A DNA stretch of 64,000 bases from Waterburya sp. (GTDB taxonomy: Bacteria; Cyanobacteriota; Cyanobacteriia; Cyanobacteriales; Xenococcaceae): the NCBI GenBank assembly GCA_965217895.1, contig CBDCJV010000002.1:128001-192000 (forward strand), read 5' to 3'. How positions within the stretch are numbered: the stretch's first letter is position 1; the number at the start of each line of letters is the position of its first letter. Below are positions 30,141 to 41,180 of the stretch, one piece after another. The notes under the pieces were generated by a model. The model did not search any database, had not been told where the DNA came from, and worked only from the letters and a program-made list of their open reading frames with translations. A program made the translations under genes and the position numbers.

Positions 30141-31319
30141 ATGCGAGTAATTTTAATGACTGGTAAGGGCGGAGTAGGTAAAACCTCTGTTGCTGCTGCC
30201 ACTGGTTTGCGTTGTGCAGAGTTAGGATATAGAACCTTAGTACTTAGTACCGACCCTGCTCACTCTTTGGCGGACAGCTTCGATCTCGAATTAGGACATG
30301 ATCCAATACAAGTCCGTCCTAATCTTTGGGGTGCAGAACTTGATGCCTTGAGAGAATTGGAAGGCAATTGGGGTGCGGTGAAGCGTTATATTACTCAAGT
30401 TTTGCAAGCCAGAGGCTTAGATGGTGTTCAAGCTGAAGAATTAGCAATCTTACCAGGGATGGATGAAATCTTTGGTTTAGTCAGAATGAAGCGTCATTAC
30501 GATGATGGTGACTACGATATTTTAATTATCGATTCAGCACCGACAGGTACGGCTTTGAGACTTTTAAGCTTACCTGAAGTTGGTGGTTGGTACATGAGAC
30601 GCTTTTATAAGCCCTTACAGGGAATGTCCGCAGCTTTGCGTCCTTTAGTCGAGCCATTCTTCAAACCTATTGCCGGTTTTTCTCTACCTGATAAAGAAGT
30701 AATGGATGCTCCCTATGAATTTTACGAGCAGATAGAAGCTTTAGAAAAGGTTTTGACCGATAATACCAAAACTTCGGTACGGTTGGTAATGAACCCCGAA
30801 AAGATGGTGATTAAAGAGTCTTTGCGCGCTCATGCTTATCTAAGTTTATACAACGTGGCTACAGACTTAGTAATAGCAAATCGGGTAATTCCTGATGAGG
30901 TGAGCGATCCTTTTTTCCAACGCTGGAAAGAAAACCAGAACGTCTATAAGCAAGAGATTTACGATAACTTTCATCCTTTGCCTGTCAAGGAAGCTCCTTT
31001 GTTTCCTACCGAAATGTGTGGTATGGAAGCATTAGAAAAGCTTAAAGAAATCTTGTATAAAGACGAAGATCCTACTCAGGTTTATTACAAAGAAAACACG
31101 ATTAAAATAATTCAAGAAGAAGGTAACTATAGTCTTCATCTATATCTGCCAGGGATTCCTAAAGAAAAAATTCAGTTAAATAAAACTGGTGATGAATTAA
31201 ACGTCAGAATTGGTAATCATCGTCGTAACTTGGTCTTACCTCAAGCTTTGGCAGCACTTGAACCATCGGGAGCAAAAATGGATGATGATTATTTAAAAAT
31301 TAGTTTCAAATCCCTGTAA
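30141..31319 (+). CDS. ArsA/Get3 family ATPase
   Basis: [18 protein letters not shown] and DSAPTG motifs; HSP20-like C-terminus. Confidence 0.92.
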   Translation: MRVILMTGKGGVGKTSVAAATGLRCAELGYRTLVLSTDPAHSLADSFDLELGHDPIQVRPNLWGAELDALRELEGNWGAVKRYITQVLQARGLDGVQAEELAILPGMDEIFGLVRMKRHYDDGDYDILIIDSAPTGTALRLLSLPEVGGWYMRRFYKPLQGMSAALRPLVEPFFKPIAGFSLPDKEVMDAPYEFYEQIEALEKVLTDNTKTSVRLVMNPEKMVIKESLRAHAYLSLYNVATDLVIANRVIPDEVSDPFFQRWKENQNVYKQEIYDNFHPLPVKEAPLFPTEMCGMEALEKLKEILYKDEDPTQVYYKENTIKIIQEEGNYSLHLYLPGIPKEKIQLNKTGDELNVRIGNHRRNLVLPQALAALEPSGAKMDDDYLKISFKSL

Positions 31320-31340
31320 AATTTTAATTTTTCTGGGTCT

Positions 31341-32351
31341 TTAGTTAGTAGGTTTTTTGCAGCTTTGATTGGTTACTTCTGCTTCTGCCTGCATTTTAGC
31401 GACTAATTTGGAATTTGCTGGCGACATAGATTTGCGAGTAATTTTTGAGCTAGGTAGTGGTTCAAGAGACTCTAAATGTGGTGTTAACCCAATACTTTTT
31501 TCAATGGGAATCGCTAAGCTTAAGCGCGTGATTAATTTCTGCAACCCAGGACAGGGCTGAGAACCATCTTGATATATTTCAGGAGAATCCCAAAGAGGGT
31601 AGGCGTGTTTACCATTTATCCCAACTACTTCTCCCTGACTATTTAATAAAGGGCCTCCGCTCATACCTCTTTGAACATTGTTGGTATAGCCTATTTGATA
31701 TCCTTCCTCAAGAGCTTGGTTTAAAACCATAGCAACTCGACCCGACTTAAGCACAAAACCATTAGGCTCATCATTTTGCGGCTGTTTTGAGATAAAGGGA
31801 GAAGATATTTTTTCTAATTCAGAACGGGGAAATCCAGCAGCATATATTGGTTCTCCAACCTCAAGGGATAAAGAGCTACCAATTTTTGCTGTGGGATAGG
31901 TATTATTGGAGTTAAATTCTAATACAGCCAAATCATAATCTTGTTTGGAAGTTGAACTGGTAACAACTTTTGCTGAATAGGTCTTTCCATCAGCAGTTTG
32001 AATACTATAGGGAGCTTTTCCTGCTCGCAAAACGTGCTGATTGGTGATGACAGTATATTTTTGATCTTCTTGCAGCACAATAAAGCCAGAACCCAAAAAA
32101 TCACCGCTCAAGATTTTGACGCTGATGCTTGCTGCATGGTGGCTAATTTCTTTTACTAACTCTTGATTCGTAGTGCTACCAACAATTTTGGTTTTTGACT
32201 TAGAAACATCTCCAGATAAAAACATCCCAGTGCCAATTAAACAGATCGTTAATTTTATTAGCTGGGATGTGGATTGTAAGAAGTTAATGTTTGCAAGGAT
32301 TGTTCTCCTAAAGCCTTTGTTTTCTGACCCTTGATTAGGTAGCCATTTCAT
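31341..32351 (-). CDS. Trypsin-like serine protease
   Basis: GSGFI, TNQHV, DLAVL and GMSGGPLLN motifs. Confidence 0.9.
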   Translation of the reverse strand: MKWLPNQGSENKGFRRTILANINFLQSTSQLIKLTICLIGTGMFLSGDVSKSKTKIVGSTTNQELVKEISHHAASISVKILSGDFLGSGFIVLQEDQKYTVITNQHVLRAGKAPYSIQTADGKTYSAKVVTSSTSKQDYDLAVLEFNSNNTYPTAKIGSSLSLEVGEPIYAAGFPRSELEKISSPFISKQPQNDEPNGFVLKSGRVAMVLNQALEEGYQIGYTNNVQRGMSGGPLLNSQGEVVGINGKHAYPLWDSPEIYQDGSQPCPGLQKLITRLSLAIPIEKSIGLTPHLESLEPLPSSKITRKSMSPANSKLVAKMQAEAEVTNQSCKKPTN

Positions 32352-32387
32352 TAACTAGTCTTGATAAGTTTACGCTTATCTATATTT

Positions 32388-32924
32388 TTAATTGTTTACG
32401 GGTACAGCGTCGAGAAATTTTGCCATATCTACATAAAACTCGCCGCCAGAGTAGAAACCAGGATCGTCTCCACTTAAAGTTAAAGTCTGTCCACTAACGC
32501 TACGGCGGAAATCTACCAGTTGGACTAATACTCCTTCTGGATCTGTGCCTTGCTTTAAAGTTACTAAGACGTTTTCTTCAGGACAAGTACCGCCTCGAGT
32601 ATTGGCTACGCAAAGTACAGGCATTTCGTTTACATCACCTGTACGAATAAACTTGAGATTGCCTTGATCTAAAAATCTTTGGAAACGCTGTGAAACAGCA
32701 CCGCATCGGTTTTTAGGGGTCCATTCACCAGAAAAGCTATTTTGCCAGTTAATTAAGGATATTCTGCCTCTGGGGGTATTAACAAAGGTGGTCCAATCTC
32801 CATTGAGTTGAGCGCAATAATAGGTATTGGTGTCTTTAGTTTGTGCTTTGGCTGGAGAGGCGATCGCGCCGCCAATAACAACGCCTAATCCAGCAAGTAT
32901 GACCGCTAACGATTTAATTTTCAT
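32388..32924 (-). CDS. COP23 domain protein
   Basis: Signal peptide; WTP..RC..VS.RFQ and N.MPVLCVA motifs. Confidence 0.85.
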   Translation of the reverse strand: MKIKSLAVILAGLGVVIGGAIASPAKAQTKDTNTYYCAQLNGDWTTFVNTPRGRISLINWQNSFSGEWTPKNRCGAVSQRFQRFLDQGNLKFIRTGDVNEMPVLCVANTRGGTCPEENVLVTLKQGTDPEGVLVQLVDFRRSVSGQTLTLSGDDPGFYSGGEFYVDMAKFLDAVPVNN

Positions 32925-33091
32925 GGTAATTTTTGAGATAGATAGTATGAGCTATAGAAAGTAAGGATACGTTCAGTATTTATATCTAATATTAATGTAG
33001 CAGAGTTTGTTTCGTAAGAGTTTTTCACCTTGACAAATTATAAACTGCACACTATCTAAAACTGAATTAAGTACAATGTCAATAATCGAAA

Positions 33092-34138
33092 CTAGATTAA
33101 TGCCTTGTCGCCTAAAATAGCTTGTTCTATTAAATCCCGCTTTAAGTTATGTCCAATCAGCACTAAGCGAGTTTGTCTGGGTTCATCGGCTGCCCATGGG
33201 CGATCGTAAAATGTATCAAAACGATTGCCTACTCCCTGCAACACCAAGCGCATTGACTTATTTGGCACATTGATAAATCCCTTAACGCGATAGATCTCTT
33301 GTTCTTGCAGCAATTGCTTGAGTTGTTTAGTTAAAGTTTCAGGCTCAAAGGCTTGTTCTGATATTAGTTCGATGGAGTTAATATCATCGTCGTGTTCATG
33401 TTCTGCTTCATGATCGTGATGGGAATGACGGCTATCTAAGTGATCTTCCACCGCAGCATTAAACCCTAATAAAAGATCGGGATCGATTTCTCCTTTGCTT
33501 ACAGTGACTATTTTTACCCCAGGCTGTAATTCTTGTTTTAGCCAAGCTTTGATTTTGCTCAATTTATCTTCATCAACCAAATCAGTTTTAGTCAGCAACA
33601 CCATGTCGGCACAGGCTAGCTGATCTTCAAAAAGCTCTTCAATTGGCGTTTCGTGTTCTAAATTAGGATCTGCCTGTCTTTGAGATTCTAAAGCGTCAAT
33701 ATCTCCTACTAAGTTACCTGTTGCCAAAGCATTGCAGTCTACCACGGTGACTACTCCGTCTACGGTAGCACTGTTGCGAATCGCGGGCCAACGAAATGCT
33801 TGAATTAAAGGCTTGGGCAAAGCCAATCCCGAAGTTTCAATCAAAAGACAGTCAATTTGATCGCGACGCTTCAGCAATTCCTGCATAACTGGATAAAATT
33901 CTTCCTGCACGGTGCAGCATAAACAACCATTGGTAAGTTCAACAATGTTGCGATCGCCATCTTCTTCATCACAAACTTGACACGATCGCAATAAATCACC
34001 ATCAATACCTACTTCGCCAAATTCATTAACTAGAACGGCAATGCGCCTTCCTTGGTTGTTTTGCAGTAGATGACGCACCAAAGTAGTTTTACCTGCGCCT
34101 AAAAAGCCTGAAATTACGGTAACGGGAATTTTGTGCAT
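33092..34138 (-). CDS. cobW: Cobalamin biosynthesis GTPase CobW
   Basis: GFLGAGKTT, NEFG, GCLCCT and ETSGLALPKPL motifs; His-rich loop. Confidence 0.93.
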   Translation of the reverse strand: MHKIPVTVISGFLGAGKTTLVRHLLQNNQGRRIAVLVNEFGEVGIDGDLLRSCQVCDEEDGDRNIVELTNGCLCCTVQEEFYPVMQELLKRRDQIDCLLIETSGLALPKPLIQAFRWPAIRNSATVDGVVTVVDCNALATGNLVGDIDALESQRQADPNLEHETPIEELFEDQLACADMVLLTKTDLVDEDKLSKIKAWLKQELQPGVKIVTVSKGEIDPDLLLGFNAAVEDHLDSRHSHHDHEAEHEHDDDINSIELISEQAFEPETLTKQLKQLLQEQEIYRVKGFINVPNKSMRLVLQGVGNRFDTFYDRPWAADEPRQTRLVLIGHNLKRDLIEQAILGDKALI

Positions 34139-34200
34139 GATTATTAAAATCTGATAAATAGTTAACTAGATAGAAAAAGCGATCGCTTTTTCTATTTATG

Positions 34201-35124
34201 TTATAAAAATGGCTTCCAGCTTTTACCCCGATGACCGAAATCAAATAATTGGGGATGGAAAATTTCTGCTAGAATTTCTGCCGAATCGATTAGCCGAGGC
34301 CCAGGACGATTGAAGTAGGCATTGCCGTCAACAACAAAAACTTTGCCATTTTTAACTGCCTTCAAACTCTTCCAGCCTGGGTGTTGGGTTAAAACTTGAG
34401 ATTCTTTTTCGGTACGTTCTAAATCGAAACCACAAGGCATTATAACAATAATCTCTGGCTCGATCTCGATTAAACTTTCCCAGAATAGGTAAGGGGAATG
34501 TTCGCCTTTGACACTCAAAAGCGGTCTGCCTCCAGCAATTTCAATTAGTTCGGGAATCCAGTTTCCCCCGACCATCAGCGGTTCAGTCCACTCTAGAGCA
34601 ATAACAGTGGGTTTTTCGTTGTCTTTAATTTTATTGGCGATCGCATCGAGACGAGACTGTAACTTATTTAAAACTAGTTGAGCTTCAACTCCCAGAGTTT
34701 GTGCTACTCGTTCGATATCTGTCCAGACTTGGTGTAATAAATTTGGCTGTAAAGAAATAACTTGAGGATGGGAATTAATTAGTTGAGCGATCGCACGCTC
34801 GACTTCAGGTAAATTAACCGCACAGACATCACATTGGTCTTGAGTCACGATCTGAGTTGGTTGAAGCTGTTCTAAGACTTCTGTTTTAATTTTGTAAATA
34901 CTTAGAGCTTGTTGCATCAGACTCTGAACGTCCGCATCAATTTCACCGCTTTTTTTACTACTATCGAGTCTGGCTTCGGTACAAACGGGCAAATCTTTAA
35001 CTTGGGGAGGGTAATCGCATTCGTGAGAGCGTCCTACTAAAGCCTCGGTCAAACCCAGACAGTCAATAATCTCCGTAGCCGAAGGAAGTAAAGAAACAAT
35101 TTTAAGATTAGCTGTGTCGCTCAT
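34201..35124 (-). CDS. Cobalamin/Fe-siderophore-type ABC substrate-binding protein
   Basis: IVSLLPSATEI, SHECDYP and FNRPGPRL motifs. Confidence 0.85.
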   Translation of the reverse strand: MSDTANLKIVSLLPSATEIIDCLGLTEALVGRSHECDYPPQVKDLPVCTEARLDSSKKSGEIDADVQSLMQQALSIYKIKTEVLEQLQPTQIVTQDQCDVCAVNLPEVERAIAQLINSHPQVISLQPNLLHQVWTDIERVAQTLGVEAQLVLNKLQSRLDAIANKIKDNEKPTVIALEWTEPLMVGGNWIPELIEIAGGRPLLSVKGEHSPYLFWESLIEIEPEIIVIMPCGFDLERTEKESQVLTQHPGWKSLKAVKNGKVFVVDGNAYFNRPGPRLIDSAEILAEIFHPQLFDFGHRGKSWKPFL

Positions 35125-35332
35125 AAGAAATTGTCATTATGGGGTTAAATAGCTTATACCATTATTCTAAGAGCCATAACCATTATGGGAATTTATCAAA
35201 AGTGCGATCTGAATAATATTAGTCGTGTAATTGCGATCGCCATTTTATTATGTTTCCCATTTGAAATAAATATATAAAGGCGAACTATTACTCTATTGTT
35301 CACCTTTGCCTGACAATTATTTATTGCCCATA

Positions 35333-35872
35333 TTATTTTTTTAGCTTAACTGTATAATCCAACAAACTTTGAGCGAAATCATCAAATCTTTCTGCTAGTT
35401 TGGCATCTTTTAATTTGCCTTGGGGGTCAAAAGCTTGCCATGCTTGTCCCACTGCAATCTGTTCGGGGATAACAAAGCCATGTACCCAGCGAACAATAAT
35501 TCTTAGGTCATTTAGAGCGTTACTGTTAGATTGTCCTCCCAAGACGCTGATTGCTCCCGTTACTTTGCCTGATAAATGCTCAAAGCTCATTAAATCTAGG
35601 GCGTTTTTCAAAACTCCACTAACGCTACCATGATATTCAGGAGTTGCCAAAATCAATCCATCCGCAGCTTTTACTTTGTCTTGCAGCACATCTACATCTG
35701 GATAGTCTGGATATTCGTTACCACCATCACAAAAAGGTAATTTCATTTCTCTAAGATCGAGTATGTCTACTTCTGCGCCTAAAGCCTCAACTCGATCTGC
35801 TGCTTGCTGCAATGCCAATGCACTATAAGAATCAGTGCGAAGACTACCTATGATACCAACAATCTTTACCAT
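35333..35872 (-). CDS. NADPH-dependent FMN reductase
   Basis: GSLR..SYS and TPEYHGSVSGVLKNALD motifs. Confidence 0.92.
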   Translation of the reverse strand: MVKIVGIIGSLRTDSYSALALQQAADRVEALGAEVDILDLREMKLPFCDGGNEYPDYPDVDVLQDKVKAADGLILATPEYHGSVSGVLKNALDLMSFEHLSGKVTGAISVLGGQSNSNALNDLRIIVRWVHGFVIPEQIAVGQAWQAFDPQGKLKDAKLAERFDDFAQSLLDYTVKLKK

Positions 35873-35969
35873 ATTTCGCTAACTCGTACTCATTATGATT
35901 ATGTATAAGCTAACAAAAAATTTCTCTATATGGCAAATAACGTAAATTTCATGGTTTAATAGCTCTAGG

Positions 35970-36542
35970 CTATAAGCTTTTAAGATAAGCTCGCGCCATA
36001 TAAAAACAGGCAATGGTTTTTCCATCTATAGGTTTTCCCGCTAAGATAGCTTGTTCCAATTCTTCTTCCGTCATTAACACTACCTCTATATCTTCATCTT
36101 CGTCTTGCTGAGGTGGTGTTTCTAGCTTTTCTAAATCCTGCGCTAAAAAAGCATAAATGTATTCATCAGAATATCCAGGGGCAAGAATAAATTTGCCCAT
36201 ATCTTGCCACTTGCTAGCTCGATATCCAGTCTCTTCTTCTATTTCTCGTTTGATTGTCTCAAATGGAGACTCGTTAGCTTCTACTGTCCCCGCGGGAAAT
36301 TCTAATAGTCTGCCATTAACGGTAAAGCGATATTGTTTGACCAGAACAAACTTACCATCTGAAGTCACAGGCACGGCTAAAGCTCCTCCAGGATGACGGA
36401 TACATTCCCATTCTCCCTCAACGCCATTAGGTAAACGCAATTTGATTACCTCGTAGTCAAATTTACGACCTTTATAAAAAAGTTTTTGTTCTAGAATTTC
36501 TGGTGGTTCGTTACCTACAGACATAATTACGTCTTGTGCCAA
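35970..36542 (-). CDS. NUDIX hydrolase (ADP-ribose pyrophosphatase-like)
   Basis: Nudix box PAG..E..E......REIEEETGY. Confidence 0.9.
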   Translation of the reverse strand: MAQDVIMSVGNEPPEILEQKLFYKGRKFDYEVIKLRLPNGVEGEWECIRHPGGALAVPVTSDGKFVLVKQYRFTVNGRLLEFPAGTVEANESPFETIKREIEEETGYRASKWQDMGKFILAPGYSDEYIYAFLAQDLEKLETPPQQDEDEDIEVVLMTEEELEQAILAGKPIDGKTIACFYMARAYLKSL

Positions 36543-36637
36543 TTTTTTTTGTTCATATTAACTGTATCAAGCTTTTAGTTTTTAGCTTTTAGCTTTTAGC
36601 CTAAGAATTAACTAATTTACTATTATCTAGTCTTAGA

Positions 36638-37366
36638 CTAATCAGGTTCATGAAGTAAAAAATCAGCTAGTCCTAAATATCTAATTCCTTGCGGGATAAT
36701 TTCAAAACGGCAGGGCAAAACTTCAACTCCTTGGATTACAGCTTCACGGAGTAATTCACCATATAGAGGATCGCAGCGATCGCTGGGAGCAAAAACATCA
36801 CAGTCACTACGATTAATAAAATATAGCATTACTGGTTTTGCTTGGCTTACTAAAGCAGTCAATTCTTTTAGGTGCTTTTGTCCGCGAAGGGTAACTGTAT
36901 CGGGAAATAAGGCTACATTATCGGTACTTAGGGTAACGCTTTTAACTTCGAGATATATTGGTAGTTGCGTATCTTCTCCCGTCAGTAAAAAATCAACTCG
37001 ACTTTTTTTATCCTTACCATAGGGAACTTCTGAACGCACGTAACTATATCTAGATGCTAATTCGGGAAACAGTTTTTGCTCTAAAGCAAGTTTAATCACC
37101 CGATTGGGCATTGCTGTGTTGACTCCTACCCAAGCAGAGTTTACCGCAATCATTTCCCAGGTATAGGCTAGCTTGCGTTTAGGGTTATTATTTTTAGAGA
37201 CCTGGACTAAACTTCCTGGGGTACAGTTACCCGTCATCGGACCGGTATTGGGACAATGAGCCGTAATTATTTCCCCTGTGGCCAACTCAATATCGGCAAG
37301 GAATCTTTTGTAGCGTTTGATTAGTTTGCCTGGAAGAAGAGGAGAATATTGATATATTAGGCTCAT
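36638..37366 (-). CDS. sfsA: DNA/RNA nuclease SfsA
   Basis: RYKRFLAD, HCPNTG.M, EVKSVTL and FPD.VT.RGQKHL motifs. Confidence 0.93.
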   Translation of the reverse strand: MSLIYQYSPLLPGKLIKRYKRFLADIELATGEIITAHCPNTGPMTGNCTPGSLVQVSKNNNPKRKLAYTWEMIAVNSAWVGVNTAMPNRVIKLALEQKLFPELASRYSYVRSEVPYGKDKKSRVDFLLTGEDTQLPIYLEVKSVTLSTDNVALFPDTVTLRGQKHLKELTALVSQAKPVMLYFINRSDCDVFAPSDRCDPLYGELLREAVIQGVEVLPCRFEIIPQGIRYLGLADFLLHEPD

Positions 37367-37500
37367 GCTTAATTATTAAACAAATATGAAGCTAATTTTA
37401 TCAGTATTTATATAATCTATTTAATATCTCGATCAAAAAGAAGATCTTTTGTTCGAGTAGGATAAAGTCATAGTAATAAAGATAGTATCAGCACTGATTC

Positions 37501-40122
37501 ATGCCCTCTGACAAGCATAATAAAACAGACAGAAACATCATTACCGACTGCCGTAACATTGATAAATCAAAGCTTTCACCGATGTATCAACACTATGTTG
37601 AAGTGAAAGAAAAGTATCCCAATGCTCTATTACTGTATCGAGTTGGAGATTTTTTTGAATGCTTTTTTCAGGATGCTGTCACCATTGCCAGAGAATTAGA
37701 GCTAGTTCAAACCAGCAAGGAAGGGGGAAAAGAATTAGGAAGAGTGGCAATGACAGGAGTACCCCATCATGCCTTGGAACGTTATAGTACGATGCTGGTG
37801 GAAAAAGGTTATGCGGTGGCAATTTGCGATCAGGTAGAGGATGCTGCTACTGCTACTGCGGAAAAACGCAACTTGGTAAAAAGAGAAATTCAAAAGCTGC
37901 TTACTCCTGGTACTTTAACCGATGATGGAATGTTGCAGGCGCGTCAAAATAATTTTCTGGCTGCCATCGTCGTTGCAGGAGAACATTGGGGTTTGGCTTA
38001 TGCAGATATCTCTACGGGAGAGTTTTCTACTAGCCAATCTAACGAATTGAGTTCTTTAACCTTAGAATTACTGCGTTTACAGCCATCAGAAGTATTATTA
38101 CCCACTAATGCCCCAGATGTTAGTGGTTTACTGCGTCCAGGAGAGAAATCTGAGTATTTAGCTGATTATTTGCCCGATAGCTTTTGTTATTCATTGCGAC
38201 CGCAACAGCCGTTTACTTTAGTTGAAGCTAGCCAAAGACTCAAAAATACATTTGGAGTAAGCTCGTTAGAAGGTATGGGTTGCGCCAATATGCCTTTGGG
38301 AGTTAGGGCAGCAGGAGGTTTATTGGAATATGTTGAGGATACCCAACAAGCCTATCAAGTGACCTTGCAACCTCTTCGCACCTATAGTTTGGCAGATTAT
38401 TTAATCTTAGATCATCAAACTCGCCGTAATTTAGAGATTACCCAAACAATTAGAGACGGAACGTTTCACGGTTCTTTATTATGGGCATTAGATCGTACCA
38501 ATACAGCAATGGGTGGTAGGGCGTTACGCCGTTGGATACTGCAACCCTTGATTGATATTAAAGGCATTGGCGCAAGACAGGATACGATTAAAGAACTGGT
38601 GGAAAATACTTCTATGCGCCAGGATTTACGCTCGATGCTGCGTAAAATATACGATATTGAAAGATTATCGGGTAGAGTAGGTTCTGGTACGGCAAATGCA
38701 CGGGATTTGCTGGCTTTATCTGAATCACTGATTAAATTAAGCGATTTATCGGCGATCGCCTCTTTTGGTTTTTCTCCTTATCTCAAAGCCTTACATAAAA
38801 TTCCTCCAGAGTTGGAACAGCTAGGGGCATATGTAGTCGAGCGTTTAGTTGAGTCTCCACCTCAACATCTTAAGGAGGGAGGAATTATCAAAGACGGTAT
38901 CGATTCCCGACTAGATGAAATTCGCCAAAGACTAGAAGATGATAAACAATGGTTAACAAACCTGGAAGTAACCGAAAGAGAACGGGTAGGTGTAGCTAAT
39001 ATCAAGGTGGGCTACAACAAAACCTTCGGCTATTACATTAGTATGCCGCGTTCTAAAGCTAGCCAAGCCCCAGATAACTATCAGCGCAAACAAACATTAA
39101 CTAATGAAGAAAGATATATTACTTCAGAGCTAAAAGAGCGGGAAACAAGAATATTAACGGCAAAAGATGACTTAAATAATCTCGAATACGATATATTTAC
39201 TGAATTAAGAGCTACCGTTGCCGAAAAAGCGCAAGAAATCCGCAGTATCTCCAAAGCCGTAGCAGCGATCGATGTTTTGGCAGGTTTAGCCGAAGTTGCT
39301 GTTTATCAAAACTACTGTTGTCCAGAAATGGTTGATGGACGAGAAATTAATATTATAGAAGGTAGACATCCTGTGGTTGAGCAATCTTTAGGAGAAGGCT
39401 TTTTTGTACCTAATTCGGCTCAAATGGGGGCAGAGTATCCAGATTTAATTATCTTAACTGGCCCAAATGCTAGTGGTAAAAGTTGTTATATACGACAAAT
39501 AGGCTTGATTCAGCTAATTGCCCAAATTGGTAGTTATATTCCCGCTACAGAGGCTAAATTAGCAATATGCGATCGCATTTTTACTCGTGTCGGTGCAGTA
39601 GACGATCTCGCTACAGGACAATCTACCTTTATGGTAGAGATGAACGAAACTGCTAATATTCTTAATCACGCTACACCCAAATCTTTAATTTTGCTCGATG
39701 AGATCGGCAGAGGGACAGCCACTTTTGACGGGCTTTCCATTGCTTGGGCGGTAGCTGAATACTTAGCCACAGAAATCCAGGGAAGAACGATATTTGCTAC
39801 TCACTACCACGAGTTAAATGAATTAGCTTCTATTTTGACTAATGTAGCTAACTACCAGGTAACGGTCAAAGAAATGGCTGATAAGATTATCTTTCTCCAT
39901 CAAGTATGTGCGGGTGGTGCTAGCAAATCCTACGGTATTGAAGCAGGAAGATTAGCAGGTTTACCTTCTTCCGTAATTAATAGAGCCAGACAGGTTATGG
40001 GTCAAATCGAGAAGCATAGTAAAATTGCTCTAGGTTTACGTAAAGGCATTGAACAGATACAACCTAAAAAAGATGCTGAAGGCAATACAATGGAACAGCT
40101 AGATATTTTTGAGGGTGAGTAA
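37501..40122 (+). CDS. mutS: DNA mismatch repair protein MutS
   Basis: [36 protein letters not shown] and SYGI motifs. Confidence 0.97.
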   Translation: MPSDKHNKTDRNIITDCRNIDKSKLSPMYQHYVEVKEKYPNALLLYRVGDFFECFFQDAVTIARELELVQTSKEGGKELGRVAMTGVPHHALERYSTMLVEKGYAVAICDQVEDAATATAEKRNLVKREIQKLLTPGTLTDDGMLQARQNNFLAAIVVAGEHWGLAYADISTGEFSTSQSNELSSLTLELLRLQPSEVLLPTNAPDVSGLLRPGEKSEYLADYLPDSFCYSLRPQQPFTLVEASQRLKNTFGVSSLEGMGCANMPLGVRAAGGLLEYVEDTQQAYQVTLQPLRTYSLADYLILDHQTRRNLEITQTIRDGTFHGSLLWALDRTNTAMGGRALRRWILQPLIDIKGIGARQDTIKELVENTSMRQDLRSMLRKIYDIERLSGRVGSGTANARDLLALSESLIKLSDLSAIASFGFSPYLKALHKIPPELEQLGAYVVERLVESPPQHLKEGGIIKDGIDSRLDEIRQRLEDDKQWLTNLEVTERERVGVANIKVGYNKTFGYYISMPRSKASQAPDNYQRKQTLTNEERYITSELKERETRILTAKDDLNNLEYDIFTELRATVAEKAQEIRSISKAVAAIDVLAGLAEVAVYQNYCCPEMVDGREINIIEGRHPVVEQSLGEGFFVPNSAQMGAEYPDLIILTGPNASGKSCYIRQIGLIQLIAQIGSYIPATEAKLAICDRIFTRVGAVDDLATGQSTFMVEMNETANILNHATPKSLILLDEIGRGTATFDGLSIAWAVAEYLATEIQGRTIFATHYHELNELASILTNVANYQVTVKEMADKIIFLHQVCAGGASKSYGIEAGRLAGLPSSVINRARQVMGQIEKHSKIALGLRKGIEQIQPKKDAEGNTMEQLDIFEGE

Positions 40123-40316
40123 TTTATTCCCTTAAGATCGTATTTACACAATGGTAGAGACTGCAATTAATCTTGAACCTCTTTTACTCCCTGAATGAAC
40201 CAAATTTCGATAATTCAACAAAAATGGCGATCGCATTATTTCGATTTTCTCAAACCGCCCAATCTTTACAAATTCGCTTTCCATCTAGAATGAAATAAAA
40301 CCATATATGTACAAAT

Positions 40317-40583
40317 ATGGAGTTTGAGTTTGACGAAAATAAAAGTCAGTCTAACAAGATGAAGCACGGAATCGACTTTGTAGAGGCGCAAGTCCTTTGG
40401 AAAGATCTGTATCGCCTTGAGTTTCCAGTATTTACGTCATATGAATCGCGTGTGGTGCTTATCGGCAGAATTGGAGTAAAAATATGGGCAGCAGTCATAA
40501 CCTATCGAGGGCAAAATATCAGAATAATTTCAGTACGAAGGGCGCGAAAAAAAGAGGTAGAAATTTATGAAGAACTTTATTGA
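40317..40583 (+). CDS. brnT: BrnT family toxin
   Basis: FEFD..K...N..KHGIDF and RIISVRRA motifs. Confidence 0.9.
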   Translation: MEFEFDENKSQSNKMKHGIDFVEAQVLWKDLYRLEFPVFTSYESRVVLIGRIGVKIWAAVITYRGQNIRIISVRRARKKEVEIYEELY

Positions 40584-40812
40584 GGCAGAAGATTTCGATA
40601 AAAAATTCGATGACGGTAAAGAAGATATCATTGAGTATCTGGATTTTGCACAGATGAAACAACCTGGCAACGATCGCAAACAAGTTAATGTTAGTTTTCC
40701 ACTCTGGATGGTTGAAGCTCTCCAAGTTGAGGCGCATCGCCTGGGAATATCTTATCAGTCGCTGATTAACGTGTGGATCGCTGAACGGTTAGATCGCGTT
40801 GCCAAGAAATAG
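40567..40812 (+). CDS. brnA: BrnA/CopG-like antitoxin
   Basis: FDKKFD.G.EDI, VNVSFP.WM and QSLI.VWIAERL; overlaps the toxin gene. Confidence 0.85.
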   Translation: MKNFIEAEDFDKKFDDGKEDIIEYLDFAQMKQPGNDRKQVNVSFPLWMVEALQVEAHRLGISYQSLINVWIAERLDRVAKK

Positions 40813-40931
40813 TAGGATTTTGCTGACCATAACTAGTACTGAGCGATTAAATGCCATGTGTGCCATAAATTATCCGCAAAATAGATGAACTATTGTTGTC
40901 CTGCGATCGCAAATAATAAAATAAAAACATT

Positions 40932-41124
40932 TCCTACGGTATTGAAGCAGGAAGACTCGCTAGTTTACCTTTTTCGGTAATTATCTCGGACAAAACAGGT
41001 AATGGGTCAAATCGAGAAGCATAGCAAAATTGCTTTAGGTTTACGTAAAGGCATTGAACAAATGCAGCCTCAAAAAAATGACGATGGCAATACAATAGAA
41101 CAGCTAGATATCTTTGAAGATTAA
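40932..41124 (+). pseudogene. Displaced, diverged copy of the mutS 3' end
   Basis: Aligns to 39928-40122: [13 protein letters not shown]..(1-bp frameshift)..[42 protein letters not shown]. Confidence 0.9.
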
Positions 41125-41180
41125 AAACTTAGTTATTACAGCAGTTAAAAAAGTTTAATGTAATCACATCGATCTAAATA

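Noticed and set aside
36570..36601. TTTTAGC heptamer run, and GTCAGAG runs at about 17394, 54060 and 62557
   Set aside because: Ordinary cyanobacterial short tandem heptamer repeats, noted only as context for the inserted elements.
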